This document shows positions 45,566-56,502 of a stretch of 64,000 nt of DNA, piece after piece (position 1 is the stretch's first letter; every line of letters starts with the position of its first letter). The notes under the pieces are model-generated. The model saw only the letters and a program-made list of their open reading frames with translations, made no database searches and had not been told where the DNA came from. This stretch comes from Epithemia pelagica (lineage: Eukaryota; Protista; Bacillariophyta): positions 2,046,001-2,110,000 of the forward strand of contig OX337230.1 of assembly GCA_946965045.2 (NCBI GenBank), given 5' to 3'. The position numbers were made by a program, and so were the translations under genes.

Positions 45566-46645
45566 ATGACTAGTACGGAACGTGGCCGCCCTACCGCAAT
45601 GGGAGATGATCCTGTTAGTAGACCAATGAGAAGCCCCCTTTTCTGGATCATGCAAGCGATCAACGTTCTTTCCCTTGGTTTGCTTGTGACGCCATTGACA
45701 TTCCACTACGTCTTGGGAGTTTCCGTGCGGATTTCCAACACGGACAATTACGTCCAATCCATACAAATGTTTCTTCCTACTGCGCTGCGAGACTTGGTCT
45801 TTCCTCGTCAGTTTATTCCGACACAAATTTGGGATATTGAAGGGACGCAAGGAACCTTGACCCATATTTACTTCCCGGGTGTTGCGGTGGATTCCACTTT
45901 GGGAATGTTACAAGGGATCACATTGGGATCAAAGCTTCTCTTCCAGCGTCCTTCAGGGAGATTATCTCAGCCATGGATCCCAGCGTTGTCTCTTTATTTC
46001 TTTGCTCTCATGTGTTTTTCGGCCTTGCCCTTGCATTGTCTAAGAGATCTGGGACATTTGGACCAAGATTTGGGCGGTCCCACCATTTTGGGATATGCCT
46101 TGAACTGGATCGATACATCAGCGACAGCTACTTCCGTCGTTTTGGCTGTTCTCTCCACCCTCGTGGAATATGAAAGGATGAACTCCAACACTGCCACCAG
46201 TTATGCAATGTTGGGAATCAATGTATGCTTCACTCTCGTTGCTTGGGGCGTGGCACATGGACTAAAAACGCTTGTTGCGTTCATGCATGTGGGTGTGTTC
46301 ATGATCGCCCTACCACCAATGCTCGTTTTCATGTGGAAGCAACATTCTCGGGAGAAGTCTGCTCGAACGGACGGATTGGTATATACACTTGTCGCCCATG
46401 GCGTCTTTATTGTGAGTGGTCTTCCCCTAGTGTTTTGTGCCTTGAATGCTTCGGCCGTGGCGGAATGGACGAATGGAATGTATTGTAGCATGACTTCCTT
46501 TTTCGTCGCGAGTCGGATTGCAGCGGTTCAGTTTTGGGCGTACTGTGATGCACAGTCCAGATTCAAGAGCGATCAATCAACTACCACCAGTGAGGACCTC
46601 CGCAGCACCTACAATCAGCAGCACATCAAGCGGAAGAAATCCTAG
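45566..46645 (+). CDS. Uncharacterised multi-pass membrane protein, 359 aa
   Basis: About 7 hydrophobic segments; C-terminal KRKKS resembles a KKxx ER-retrieval signal. Confidence 0.7.
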   Translation: MTSTERGRPTAMGDDPVSRPMRSPLFWIMQAINVLSLGLLVTPLTFHYVLGVSVRISNTDNYVQSIQMFLPTALRDLVFPRQFIPTQIWDIEGTQGTLTHIYFPGVAVDSTLGMLQGITLGSKLLFQRPSGRLSQPWIPALSLYFFALMCFSALPLHCLRDLGHLDQDLGGPTILGYALNWIDTSATATSVVLAVLSTLVEYERMNSNTATSYAMLGINVCFTLVAWGVAHGLKTLVAFMHVGVFMIALPPMLVFMWKQHSREKSARTDGLVYTLVAHGVFIVSGLPLVFCALNASAVAEWTNGMYCSMTSFFVASRIAAVQFWAYCDAQSRFKSDQSTTTSEDLRSTYNQQHIKRKKS

Positions 46646-46658
46646 CCCTACAGACAGA

Positions 46659-46916
46659 TTGGGAATTTTCCTACCACATCCCCAGTACCCAATGGGGAAC
46701 GATATGTTCTCAACGAACCGAGCAACGCCACACTTTCACGACATTTGATCTAACTTACTATGTTTGACAATGGATAATCGCAACGCGCTTTGGGACTTTT
46801 CCTACCGCATCCCCAGCCCCAGTGAGGAACGAAATGTTCTCAAGGAACCGAGCAGCGCTACACTTTGACAACATTTGGTCAAACTAATTATGTTAGAAAA
46901 TGGATAATCGCAATGC
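46659..46916 (+). repeat. Diverged tandem duplication of a ~130-bp unit (2 copies)
   Basis: TTGGGAATTTTCCTACC...TGGATAATCGCAA starts at 46659 and recurs at 46790 with roughly 80% identity by eye. Confidence 0.85.
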
Positions 46917-47119
46917 ACCCAGTTTAGGATGGTTTTCAATTTTCAAACAGGAAAGTCTACTAGTTATGGCGGTGGTGGTCAACGAAAAGCTCACAAGGGG
47001 GAATCGGCCATTGTGGTGCAGACAACCCATTTCTCAAGTCCCGGAAGCGTCCTTTCGCATCCACCCTCTTGATTGTATCGACAAGTCACGTGACGCGAAT
47101 GTAGCGTGATGTAGAAGTC

Positions 47120-49999
47120 TTATCGAATACAGTCGGCTACCATGCGCGAGACAGATTCGTCTTCACTTCGCACAGCAATCTTGAGAACAACACCAGTACC
47201 AGTGTTGTTCTCACCAGCCCCTTGCATAGCAATCTGTGCACGAGCCAGAACTTGCTGTTGTCCCGTGACAAACACTCCACTCAAATGAAGCATGTGGGGT
47301 TTGGTACCAAGATTGGGCTTAATTGCCGCAGTACCATCGCAAGGTTGCATTCCCAAAAAGTCAATGACGGCCGTAACGGCATCATCCAATTTCTTGAATT
47401 GCAACGCAAATTTCTCCAACACTTCACCGGCATTGCCCAGGGTTTCCCACGCCTTGCGGAAATCCGGGACACTGACCTTGGCCATAAAATCAGATGTCGA
47501 TATTTCAAACTCTTCTAGTGGGAACTCGTCTTCAAATCCAGGTGCTCCCTCTTCTTCCCCAGTGGCAGGGTCTACTTCAACTACCGTGAAACGCAATTCG
47601 CATCCAAAGGAACTGGTAGTTAATGGCGCGTCTTCGCTCCTTTCCATCACCGTGAAACAGTTCTTAATCTCGCCATATTTGATTTCAGTACAAGGGATCT
47701 CGCCAGAAGCCTTGAAAGTTTCTGAATCACTGTCTTCAACCATCACAGTCACGTTATCCAAACGTTGGTTCTCGATGGTATTTTGTACAGCAAACTGAAG
47801 CACGACATGCTTTTGGAAAATGTGCTTTGTGCATTGAACGACATATTCCGTTTCGCTTTCTGTAAGAGGAACAGGCAAGGATGATCGGAAGGCGCGGCCC
47901 AAATGTGCCAATTCGGCAATCTCATAGACGACGGCCGCAGGATCTGCAACTTCTTGACGAGCAGAGTCCACTGCGCCGTTCATATCTTCCATGTCACCCA
48001 CAAGATCGTCTGAAGCAGCCTTCTTCAGCTCAGCTGGTGTGTCTTCGACAATGGGTAGAGAAGTAATTGTGATAGGCTCGGGAGACTCCATAGAAAGGGG
48101 AGCAGCCATATAAGCCTTCATACTTCGTTCCAATTTGTCAAAACTCATGGGTAAGCCATCAAGCAACACTACCGATGCTGGATCTTCGGGAACAGGTTTA
48201 TCGGGTGGGATCTCCTCGGCTTCGGCATCCTCAGGTGGTGGTACATAGGGGAACTTTTCCATCGCATTCTCCAACGTGGCGACTGCAATGGCCGCCCGAT
48301 CTCTTGTTTCATCATCTTCATCTACCAAACTACGTTTCAGCAAGGCCATGATGGAAGCTCGAAGAGATGGACAAGAGGCGGCAAACTTGGTCAATGCGGT
48401 CACGGCGGCAGCACGTACAGCGGAGTTTTCCAAAATGACACGGTTGTAGATGAATCGAATGTACCGAGCCGGGGCCGAGGTGGTTGGTCCCAATTCTCCC
48501 AACAAATGCAAAATTTGTGTCGAGAGCATGGTGAATTCACAATCTTCAATGAACTCACACAAATGCATAAGAGAACTTTCCGTAGACTCGGGAACAGCTC
48601 GGATCAGAGAAATAATTCCATTGACAATGGAGCGCTTGAAATCGAAACCACCTTCTTCTCGTAAAAAGTTGGACAAAAACCCAACCAGGACGCGGTGCTT
48701 GGCAGGATATGTCAAACAAAGCTTTTGCAAACTGCGAACAATAGTAATTTTGTATTCATCGGCAATATCGGTAAGGAAGGCCGAGATTTGCTTGAGTAAA
48801 CGTTCAATGGAGTTTTCACTCCCAGTCTTGAGGAGCGTGGTAATGGCAACCGTAGCAATATTTCGACTCGAGTCTCCGATCAAGGCTTCCAAATCTTCGT
48901 TGCACTTGGCCACAACACGAGGAAGAGAATTGGCAACGTGCGCCAAGACCCGGATGGACGCAAATCGAACAGTTGGTTTGGGGGAACTCAAAAAGAGTTG
49001 AAGGACCGAGATGGCAGAATTTAGATCTTGTGGCTCCGCACCAGGGAGATTACACAAAGACTTGGCTGCTTCAAAAACTACCAATTCAGACTTGTGTCGC
49101 AAACTAGCTTCCAAAAATTGGTAACCGGCCTTGACAACAGGGGCAGTCGATTCTTGATACGAACCAGAGATCCTTCCTTCGCCATGTTCATCGTGCAACA
49201 ATTTGAGCGTGTATCGGACCAACAGCACCAAAGCCAAGGGTGAACGCAACGTGTTTCTTTGGCTGTACTGCGTGACCAACCGAGAGACACCAAGGCGGTC
49301 ATTGGACTTGATTTGGTACAGCAATTGCATGGCATGAAATTGTACCATTTCATTCGGACTGCTTGTAGCTTCCGTGGCTTCTGAGATCCATCGTCGGACG
49401 ACGGCCGCACATTCTGGCGAGGACACAAACAAATGCGAGGCGGAAACCAAAGCGGAGCTGGACACTTGTCCCGATGAATCTACAATGGCTTGTTTGACAT
49501 ACCGTTCAATGGCTCCCAACATGGCGGCATCTACAATACGAACCAGCACACGAAGGGCATTGCCTCGATAAAGATCGACATCGCACGTCATGTCCTTGGT
49601 AAGACAGGAAGTCACAATGATCACATCATCCGGATTGCAAGTTTCCGCCACATCTTTAATAAACAAATACACCATACGGCGCAATGACGCATCATCACTC
49701 ATGAAGAGCTTGGTCACACCAAAAAATACATCGGTAGCTTCCGTACTGGAAAGATACTGTCCGGTGTTCTGGAGGTGCAACAATTGCGCAATTACCGTAC
49801 AGCATTTACGCGGATTCTCACGTACGGCGGTCGGGTCATGAAAGATGCGGGCCTCTTGCAACACCGTTGCCTTTTCCAATTGAGCATACGGAGAAATGTA
49901 AGGCTCATCTTCCTCCACCTTGAACTTCTCTGCCAAGTCTTGAACCTCTTTCAGCATGGAGGTCACGCCCATTGGGCCATTTTCGCCATTGTCGCCCAT
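47120..49999 (-). CDS. COPG: Coatomer subunit gamma
   Basis: EKATVLQEARIFHD, ATDVFFGVTKLF, LRRMVYLFIK, FLREEGGFDFK, EFIEDCEF, YIRFIYNRVILEN, LTESETEYVV. Confidence 0.97.
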   Translation of the reverse strand: MGDNGENGPMGVTSMLKEVQDLAEKFKVEEDEPYISPYAQLEKATVLQEARIFHDPTAVRENPRKCCTVIAQLLHLQNTGQYLSSTEATDVFFGVTKLFMSDDASLRRMVYLFIKDVAETCNPDDVIIVTSCLTKDMTCDVDLYRGNALRVLVRIVDAAMLGAIERYVKQAIVDSSGQVSSSALVSASHLFVSSPECAAVVRRWISEATEATSSPNEMVQFHAMQLLYQIKSNDRLGVSRLVTQYSQRNTLRSPLALVLLVRYTLKLLHDEHGEGRISGSYQESTAPVVKAGYQFLEASLRHKSELVVFEAAKSLCNLPGAEPQDLNSAISVLQLFLSSPKPTVRFASIRVLAHVANSLPRVVAKCNEDLEALIGDSSRNIATVAITTLLKTGSENSIERLLKQISAFLTDIADEYKITIVRSLQKLCLTYPAKHRVLVGFLSNFLREEGGFDFKRSIVNGIISLIRAVPESTESSLMHLCEFIEDCEFTMLSTQILHLLGELGPTTSAPARYIRFIYNRVILENSAVRAAAVTALTKFAASCPSLRASIMALLKRSLVDEDDETRDRAAIAVATLENAMEKFPYVPPPEDAEAEEIPPDKPVPEDPASVVLLDGLPMSFDKLERSMKAYMAAPLSMESPEPITITSLPIVEDTPAELKKAASDDLVGDMEDMNGAVDSARQEVADPAAVVYEIAELAHLGRAFRSSLPVPLTESETEYVVQCTKHIFQKHVVLQFAVQNTIENQRLDNVTVMVEDSDSETFKASGEIPCTEIKYGEIKNCFTVMERSEDAPLTTSSFGCELRFTVVEVDPATGEEEGAPGFEDEFPLEEFEISTSDFMAKVSVPDFRKAWETLGNAGEVLEKFALQFKKLDDAVTAVIDFLGMQPCDGTAAIKPNLGTKPHMLHLSGVFVTGQQQVLARAQIAMQGAGENNTGTGVVLKIAVRSEDESVSRMVADCIR

Positions 50000-50400
50000 G
50001 GTCCCCAAAGTTTTTTTCTTCCTTGTGCTTCCGCTGTCTTTGCACGTACTAACGCTACACACGGCACCCACCGATCACCAACAACGCTGAGCGCTGAGGC
50101 ACAGTCATTTCCGACCCGGATGTAAATGCCAAAGATTTGGGAGTCAGGTCACGAGTCACGAAGACCGGGTTCTTGAGTTGGTCGTGTGTCACGAGCGGTC
50201 AGTGAAAAGTTGCGTGACATTTTGAGATCTCGTCTCTGGTCCATGGACAACCTCGATTTGTGATCGTCATCAGCGCCACACCGACGATACTATATCTCGT
50301 ATCTCGGGTGTATAGTGTTTACAAAACGAGTCGAGACGATTGGCCAGCGAAAACAGATTTCTGCAATAAGCCTGTCGAGAAAGTTTGATAGAACAACAAA

Positions 50401-51018
50401 ATGGGAAAGAAACGAGCCGGTGCCGTACGAGTGAAGCAGGTGGGGCCGAAAATGCCCCCAGCAATGCCAACCATGGAAGATTTTGCCATTCCTCCCGACG
50501 AAATGGTTCGCCTACCACCCCCTCCCGATCGCTCCTATCAAGTAATTTGGCCGATTCATGAGACATTTTCCATGAAAATTGACGGTTTTCGAATAATTTA
50601 TCCATCATACCTGGATTCGAACAAGACATGCAAGCTTGGCCGCCGTCTTACGAAAGAAAAAGCTGTACCGACACCCACGTGCACGGACATTAGCCAAGCC
50701 TTGCAAGCCATGCAAATCCGTCATGTGCTTCAACCCTACAAAGGGTATCCTCCAGATATCACTTGTTTGTGGGATAATCCAGGCCGGGTAATGGTAGATG
50801 TTTCGCAATATTCCAAGGGCGAACTCATGCTTGAAATTGCTGAACGAATCCCTCATCTACCGGCTCGGAAGCTTCGATTAGAACAAGAGGCTGCCGCTGC
50901 AAAAATAGCGGAAGAAGAGAGGAAGCAAAGAATGCAAAAAGAAAAGGCGGCTGCATCTGTTGTGGCCGCTGCGAACAAGAAAGCTGCTAAGAAAGGAAAG
51001 AAGGGAAAGAAAAAGTAG
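50401..51018 (+). CDS. SRP19: Signal recognition particle 19-kDa protein
   Basis: IIYPSYLDSNKTCKLGRRL...P(T)C-x-DI...KGYPPD...NPGRVMV, followed by a Lys-rich tail. Confidence 0.92.
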   Translation: MGKKRAGAVRVKQVGPKMPPAMPTMEDFAIPPDEMVRLPPPPDRSYQVIWPIHETFSMKIDGFRIIYPSYLDSNKTCKLGRRLTKEKAVPTPTCTDISQALQAMQIRHVLQPYKGYPPDITCLWDNPGRVMVDVSQYSKGELMLEIAERIPHLPARKLRLEQEAAAAKIAEEERKQRMQKEKAAASVVAAANKKAAKKGKKGKKK

Positions 51019-51528
51019 GTTTCGCTTTCCAAGCTTTGTTTGCCTATTTACCATCGATCACAAGTCGACACTGCAGTTTGGTAGTGGAGTCAGTAATCGC
51101 TGTCTCGGAGAAAGTTCCTTGAGCACCTTTGCGCTTAGGTGCTCATTTGAAGCTCTATTTTTCATTGTCGACTTCACCAAACCAGGTCTTCGTGTCGAAA
51201 GTGATAATTTACTACCTAGTTCTTCAGCGGATGCGGATAGAGAACATACACGGAGTTTTACAATAGTTTAGCAGTTATTGGTATCGCCGCACAATACGGC
51301 AAAGAATAGCATGTCTCATGCATCGGTTTTACGACCTTGCCGAAATGGTCAAGAAACCTCGTAGTGAAGCAAAAATGCCATCATTCGTTCCAAGACTTTC
51401 TTCTACCATACCTCGACCATAAAAAAAGAGCAGATGATGCTCTGGTTACCGGTAACTTCCAAAGTACACGGTATTGGAGCAAATGCCAAGCGGGAGGATT
51501 GGTTCATCTTGCACGTGGGAGAGCATCC

Positions 51529-53637
51529 TCATAGAATTTGCCTGGGTCGCCTAGGTGCAGGGGTTTGGGGTTCCAAGAAAAGAACCATGACAAGAGCCGT
51601 CGCCACTGCACATACAAGAGAGAGTAGAACGTAGAGGTTACCACCGTCACGATGAAGACTGTTTTGCTGGAGATTTTGCATCATGAGACCACCTCCTGTT
51701 ACAAGAATCAACGACACCATTCGGCCAGGGCATTCATACAGCATTTCCCGCAACATGTCCGTAAAAGCGGCCATCATGGGTTCAATATCTTCTTCAAGAT
51801 GCGCACGAGTGCTTGTCGAGGAAAGCAACCGAGTGGCATGCTCAGCATGAACGTCAGTTTTGCCAACAACGCTCGCAGAGGCCAGAAAGAACGCGGACCC
51901 AATCAGTCCAGCGACAATGGCAATGGATGCGAAAAGAGATACCTGCTGATGTTGTGGATAACCTGCGGCTGTATAGTCCACAGCTTGCCCTGGTGTAGCG
52001 GCACTCGTTGAGGCAGCCAATATGACTAGCAATGACAAGGTGGCACCTCCTAACAGTATGCTTTGCCACGTAGCACTGTTTCGGTGACTTGTGTGGTCTT
52101 GGAATTCAAAAGTCTTCAACTCTGTCATCCGAACGGCAACAAAATGGCCCGCTAGACTGGAGAGCTGGAAGACGATACCAAGGCAACCAACTGTCATAAT
52201 CCACAACGCTGACGACTGCGCATCGTCAGAAACGCTCTTGATTCCAGAAGATCGAAGAATCTGGGAAAGGAGAACGGGAATAGTGTACAAAACACCCATC
52301 GGGAGTCCGGAGACCAGGAGATGAACCCAGTGCTTCCGTGAAGAAAACTGTAGAAGTGTGTCTTTTGTCGACTCGAGGTGGAAAGTTGCGGCGCTCATCA
52401 CTGGTGGCGGTGGTATGATTTCTTCTTTCATCCCATGGGGTAATCCATCTCCTAAATCATGATCGAAAGGACCAACCGCAGCATCACCGCCATATCCCCA
52501 TATAACGGCATCGCCCCATAAGAGAGAGGACTCATCACCCAAGCTCCACTGTTCTTCCAGGTCCAGAGCTTTCTTTTCTTCGGCAAGGAGAAATAGCGTT
52601 TCGTCAAAGCATGTGACATCAGTCGGACTTTTCGTTTTTCGATGTGAAAGTGATGGTCTTCGTGTTTGAGGGGGGAGAGGAGGACGCTTTGAGGAAGATA
52701 CTCTTGGAGCCGGTTTCTTCGCCTCCTCCCATGAGCCTCCCGAAAGCAAGACCAGGAGAAAACCCAAACAGCACACGCCCAATTGACATTGCATGTACTG
52801 ATACAACGTTGCGTTGTCCATGACACCATCAATGCCTCGTAGGGCCAAAAAAACCGTGGCTGCAAACCCCATTGCGGTTCCCATATATCCTGCTGATGCA
52901 CATTGAAGGGCTCCATTGGTGATTGCTTCACTTTGAGGAGATTCATCTACACTTACAGAGGCAATCAGAGAAGGCCCTGCTGCAGTGATCAAGGTATGGG
53001 AGCATGCGGAAATCAGGGTTCCCAAAAAGACAACACGATAATCCTTGGCCCACATGTATCGTATCGCGGCTCCTAGCACATTGACAATCGCACCCAAAAG
53101 AAAGCAGCGATGTGCCCCTAAGCGGTGGATCTGAGACAGAAAAGGTTTCACGGAAGAAATCACTGTCGTCACTACTGGTATGTACATGTACACACTTGCC
53201 AACGCGTTGACATGACTGGTTGGTACACTCCATAGCGAAGCCATGGCGCTTGTGGCGGGAGCAAAGGTGATCCATATCCACGAACATGAAAAATTTGTCA
53301 CCAGCGCGGCCCCTGTGACAATCCATCTTCGAGTGCGGGGAAAATTCCAACAAGCATTCCAAAACTGTTCATAGGTAGGAATCTCGTCAAGATGAGTCTC
53401 GTGGTCGTCATCGTCGTCCGAAGCTTGACTGCTGTCGCTGCTGAAGCAGAACTCAATCTCCTTATGACTGCCGATTCGGGTTGGAGATGCTTGTGAGTGG
53501 ATTGGGAAGAAGTAAGATGATGATTTTTGAAAGCTTTCGTCGTCAGAGGCGGAGATTGCCGCTTCCGATTCTGTCACTGAACCATATTGATTTGCATGAA
53601 GGTGATTATGATGTGAATTTGATTTTGGTAGCCCCAT
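51529..53637 (-). CDS. FLVCR-like MFS transporter
   Basis: WIWITFAP...VNALASVYM, GAAIRY, and an N-terminal acidic/Ser-rich cytosolic region. The C-terminal half is divergent. Confidence 0.7.
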   Translation of the reverse strand: MGLPKSNSHHNHLHANQYGSVTESEAAISASDDESFQKSSSYFFPIHSQASPTRIGSHKEIEFCFSSDSSQASDDDDDHETHLDEIPTYEQFWNACWNFPRTRRWIVTGAALVTNFSCSWIWITFAPATSAMASLWSVPTSHVNALASVYMYIPVVTTVISSVKPFLSQIHRLGAHRCFLLGAIVNVLGAAIRYMWAKDYRVVFLGTLISACSHTLITAAGPSLIASVSVDESPQSEAITNGALQCASAGYMGTAMGFAATVFLALRGIDGVMDNATLYQYMQCQLGVCCLGFLLVLLSGGSWEEAKKPAPRVSSSKRPPLPPQTRRPSLSHRKTKSPTDVTCFDETLFLLAEEKKALDLEEQWSLGDESSLLWGDAVIWGYGGDAAVGPFDHDLGDGLPHGMKEEIIPPPPVMSAATFHLESTKDTLLQFSSRKHWVHLLVSGLPMGVLYTIPVLLSQILRSSGIKSVSDDAQSSALWIMTVGCLGIVFQLSSLAGHFVAVRMTELKTFEFQDHTSHRNSATWQSILLGGATLSLLVILAASTSAATPGQAVDYTAAGYPQHQQVSLFASIAIVAGLIGSAFFLASASVVGKTDVHAEHATRLLSSTSTRAHLEEDIEPMMAAFTDMLREMLYECPGRMVSLILVTGGGLMMQNLQQNSLHRDGGNLYVLLSLVCAVATALVMVLFLEPQTPAPRRPRQIL

Positions 53638-54220
53638 GGCAGAAGCGAAGCAGCTCCAAGCTGTTTGATCTCTCCCTTTTTGGACCTCAATGCAATCGGC
53701 TATTGAAACGTGTCAATGATAAAAACGGAAAGAGGCAGGCACATTCAGTTGGGAAGTCGGTCTTCGTTAACGATGATGAATACGGTTCCCGTAAAAATAC
53801 CGTTGCTTTTCAACACACCAAGAGCACACCACGACTTCACCAAATCTCAAGCATTGTGTCGTGTTCTTGCCAGATATCCAATCTGTTGACCATGTCTTCT
53901 TATCTACCTTGACTCTTGTCAAGGAGAGTGGGATTAGTTGGATGGGATTCAGCGGAGCACCTGCACCTACCCTACCACGTAACGGGATCAAAATCTGGGG
54001 GACAGGATCGCAATCGCAGGGTATACCACCTCGCGTGCAAGACCAACAGATCGTAGATAGTGTACCGTTCCGTCACATGTATTGTTATGTCCGAAGAAAG
54101 GACAAGCGTATGCCGACTACTTCTTGTATATGCGCGCCAACCGCCAACCTTCTGTGGCGCCAACAGCACAACAAACCGTCCAGCATCTCCACCTCTATCT
54201 CAAATTACCCTCTATCCACC

Positions 54221-55015
54221 ATGGCTACAGCAACTACGGCGACTCCAGCTGTGCCGTCATCACCTGCTTCCCCTTCAGCTGCTGAAGCGGACTCAAGTAT
54301 CACTCACTATGCTATCAATCAGGATACTACGAGTTCCTCTGTCCTCTCTCCGATAGCCCGCATCAACAAAATGGACAAGACGTCCAGTCCTGGTTCCAGA
54401 ACCAATGACAATCAGACCCAAAAAGGCTTGAACCAGTCCTTGACGGAGGATTTGACGACGACGGCGACTGGACTGAGTCAAACAGAGTTGGAAGACCTAT
54501 ATCGTTCATTTTCCTTGTTTGATATTAACGGTGAAGGCCGAATCAAGGTGGGAACACTATTGACAGCCTTGAAAGAAGTTCAAGGAGGCTGTAGCGATCA
54601 ATCCTCCCACAGCATTCGACAACAACGAAGGTTACATCCCATCTTCAAGCGCCTAGAAGCGTGGAAGAGGAAAGAGGTAGGCCCTTCGTCAGAGGAAAAC
54701 AACCAAGCTCAGTCAAACAAACGAAACGACGACAACGAAGAGTATTTGAATTTTGATGAGTATGTGCATTTGTTGACCGATCCAGATCCATCGGATAGTC
54801 GATCAGAATTGCAAAAAGTGTTCGACCTTTTCGATGGGGAGGGCAATGGATGTATCACGGTGGACGATTTATCTCGTGTGGCCCAAGAATTGGGTGAAAT
54901 CATGACGCAAGAAGAACTGGAAGAAATGATCAATCGAGCTGGGGCGGGTGAAAATGGGAAAGTTACGTACGAACAATTCGAGAATATCATGAGCAAACGA
55001 ATCTTCGATGACTAA
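54221..55015 (+). CDS. Centrin/calmodulin-like EF-hand protein
   Basis: FSLFDINGEGRI, VFDLFDGEGNGCITVDDLSRVAQELGEIMTQEELEEMINRA, GKVTYEQF. The start codon is uncertain. Confidence 0.85.
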   Translation: MATATTATPAVPSSPASPSAAEADSSITHYAINQDTTSSSVLSPIARINKMDKTSSPGSRTNDNQTQKGLNQSLTEDLTTTATGLSQTELEDLYRSFSLFDINGEGRIKVGTLLTALKEVQGGCSDQSSHSIRQQRRLHPIFKRLEAWKRKEVGPSSEENNQAQSNKRNDDNEEYLNFDEYVHLLTDPDPSDSRSELQKVFDLFDGEGNGCITVDDLSRVAQELGEIMTQEELEEMINRAGAGENGKVTYEQFENIMSKRIFDD

Positions 55016-55417
55016 ATGTCCGTGGATCTTCATGGAACGCACAGGGTCCATGGTGTTCTGGCGCCCGCATGTTGCGCTCACAAGAGATCGAGTCGGTCCA
55101 ACGTTGTCTTTTGCGAACATCTGCTTGATTCTACTCTGTGTAAATAAGGCCCTGGTTGGATATTCAGAAAGAGGTAGGAGTATTCCTTACTTTACGAAGC
55201 TTTCTCATGTAGACTTGCCTCCTCTCCTAAGATATCAAGTCCAATTGGAAGAAAAAACCTGACCGTGTCTGCTCAACACCGGAACTCTACGCAGATCATT
55301 TTCCGCAGACAAAACCGCAACTGGTTCTCATTGAGCGGCAATATTTCGTTCAATAAATCTGATTTGAATGCTGTCAAAGGCGTTGCGTCTCCGTTGTGGC
55401 TAAGCTCAAAGTTTAAT

Positions 55418-56068
55418 TTACTTCGCTTGCTTAGGCAACCCTTCCAGAAGCCGAATAACAACTGAGCGAGGTGCATAGGCAAACATGGTGGCTGGGTACA
55501 CTGCGCTTCCCCAGAGCGGATGGGTGAGAATTTTACAGAATCCTGCATTATACGATTTGTACCCCAGACAACATTCCATACCATCCACTTCGCTGTAAAC
55601 CTTGTTGCAATTCAGTGTTAACATGGGCAATCCTGAACAAGGATCAATAAAGTCTGCCCAGTATCCTTGTGATCTTATTTCATTGCACATGGAGCGCGCA
55701 AATGACATGAACACATTCAGCAATCGATCCTTTTCGGCTTCAATTTTGTCTCCTACCGCCACTAAATCTTCTCTTGCTAATTGGTTGGTTGGGATGGCAA
55801 GGAATTCCAAAGGTTCAGCCGATATCGACGATTGCTGTGAATGGCGTAGCTGAATGGGTTCCAAATCCAAGTTGCGTTCATCAAAGACATGTTGAAATTC
55901 CCGTTCGAGTTGGCGTGGCATGGTATGGACGGAAACTTCCAGTGCGTCGACATCTGCTGATGACGAGGGTGTTGCCGAAGAACCAACATTTTGAACTGCA
56001 TTGCTATTGAAAGCAACAACGCTGGTTGGACCCCATAGGGTGGAAGCAGTCTGACCGTAGGTTGCCAT
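55418..56068 (-). CDS. MMADHC: Cobalamin trafficking protein CblD-like
   Basis: EKDRLLNVF...GYWADFIDPCSGLP...GFCKILTHPLWGSAVYPATMFAYAP. Confidence 0.92.
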   Translation of the reverse strand: MATYGQTASTLWGPTSVVAFNSNAVQNVGSSATPSSSADVDALEVSVHTMPRQLEREFQHVFDERNLDLEPIQLRHSQQSSISAEPLEFLAIPTNQLAREDLVAVGDKIEAEKDRLLNVFMSFARSMCNEIRSQGYWADFIDPCSGLPMLTLNCNKVYSEVDGMECCLGYKSYNAGFCKILTHPLWGSAVYPATMFAYAPRSVVIRLLEGLPKQAK

Positions 56069-56502
56069 GATCTATGCTTTTGACTAATCTCTTTTTGTAA
56101 ACATGGAAATGAGCGGGAATCCTAGCGGGGTGGTCTACCTAACTCAACAACACGAAATAGAACCAATAGCCGTGATGACGTCATCGTAGCTCTAAGTAGT
56201 GAAGGATGCGATGTGACGATTGACGACGAAACCTTGACACAACCGATGTGGTTGGATTCTATGACTAGAGGTATCGGGTGTTTTCCTGGAAAGCAATGGA
56301 GGGTTTGTCGACGCATTCGATACAGTACTGAAGCAGCTTTGATTAAGTCTTGCAGGCAATTACGCGTAAATGAAATGAAATTTAATTCCGAAGAGCCATT
56401 TAAGTTACGCTAAAAGTGTACGAATCATTTGTTGCAGGTATTGCATCAGAAGAAATACACCGTCTATGCATCAACTTGAAATTGCTCATTCGTCAATTTC
56501 CT

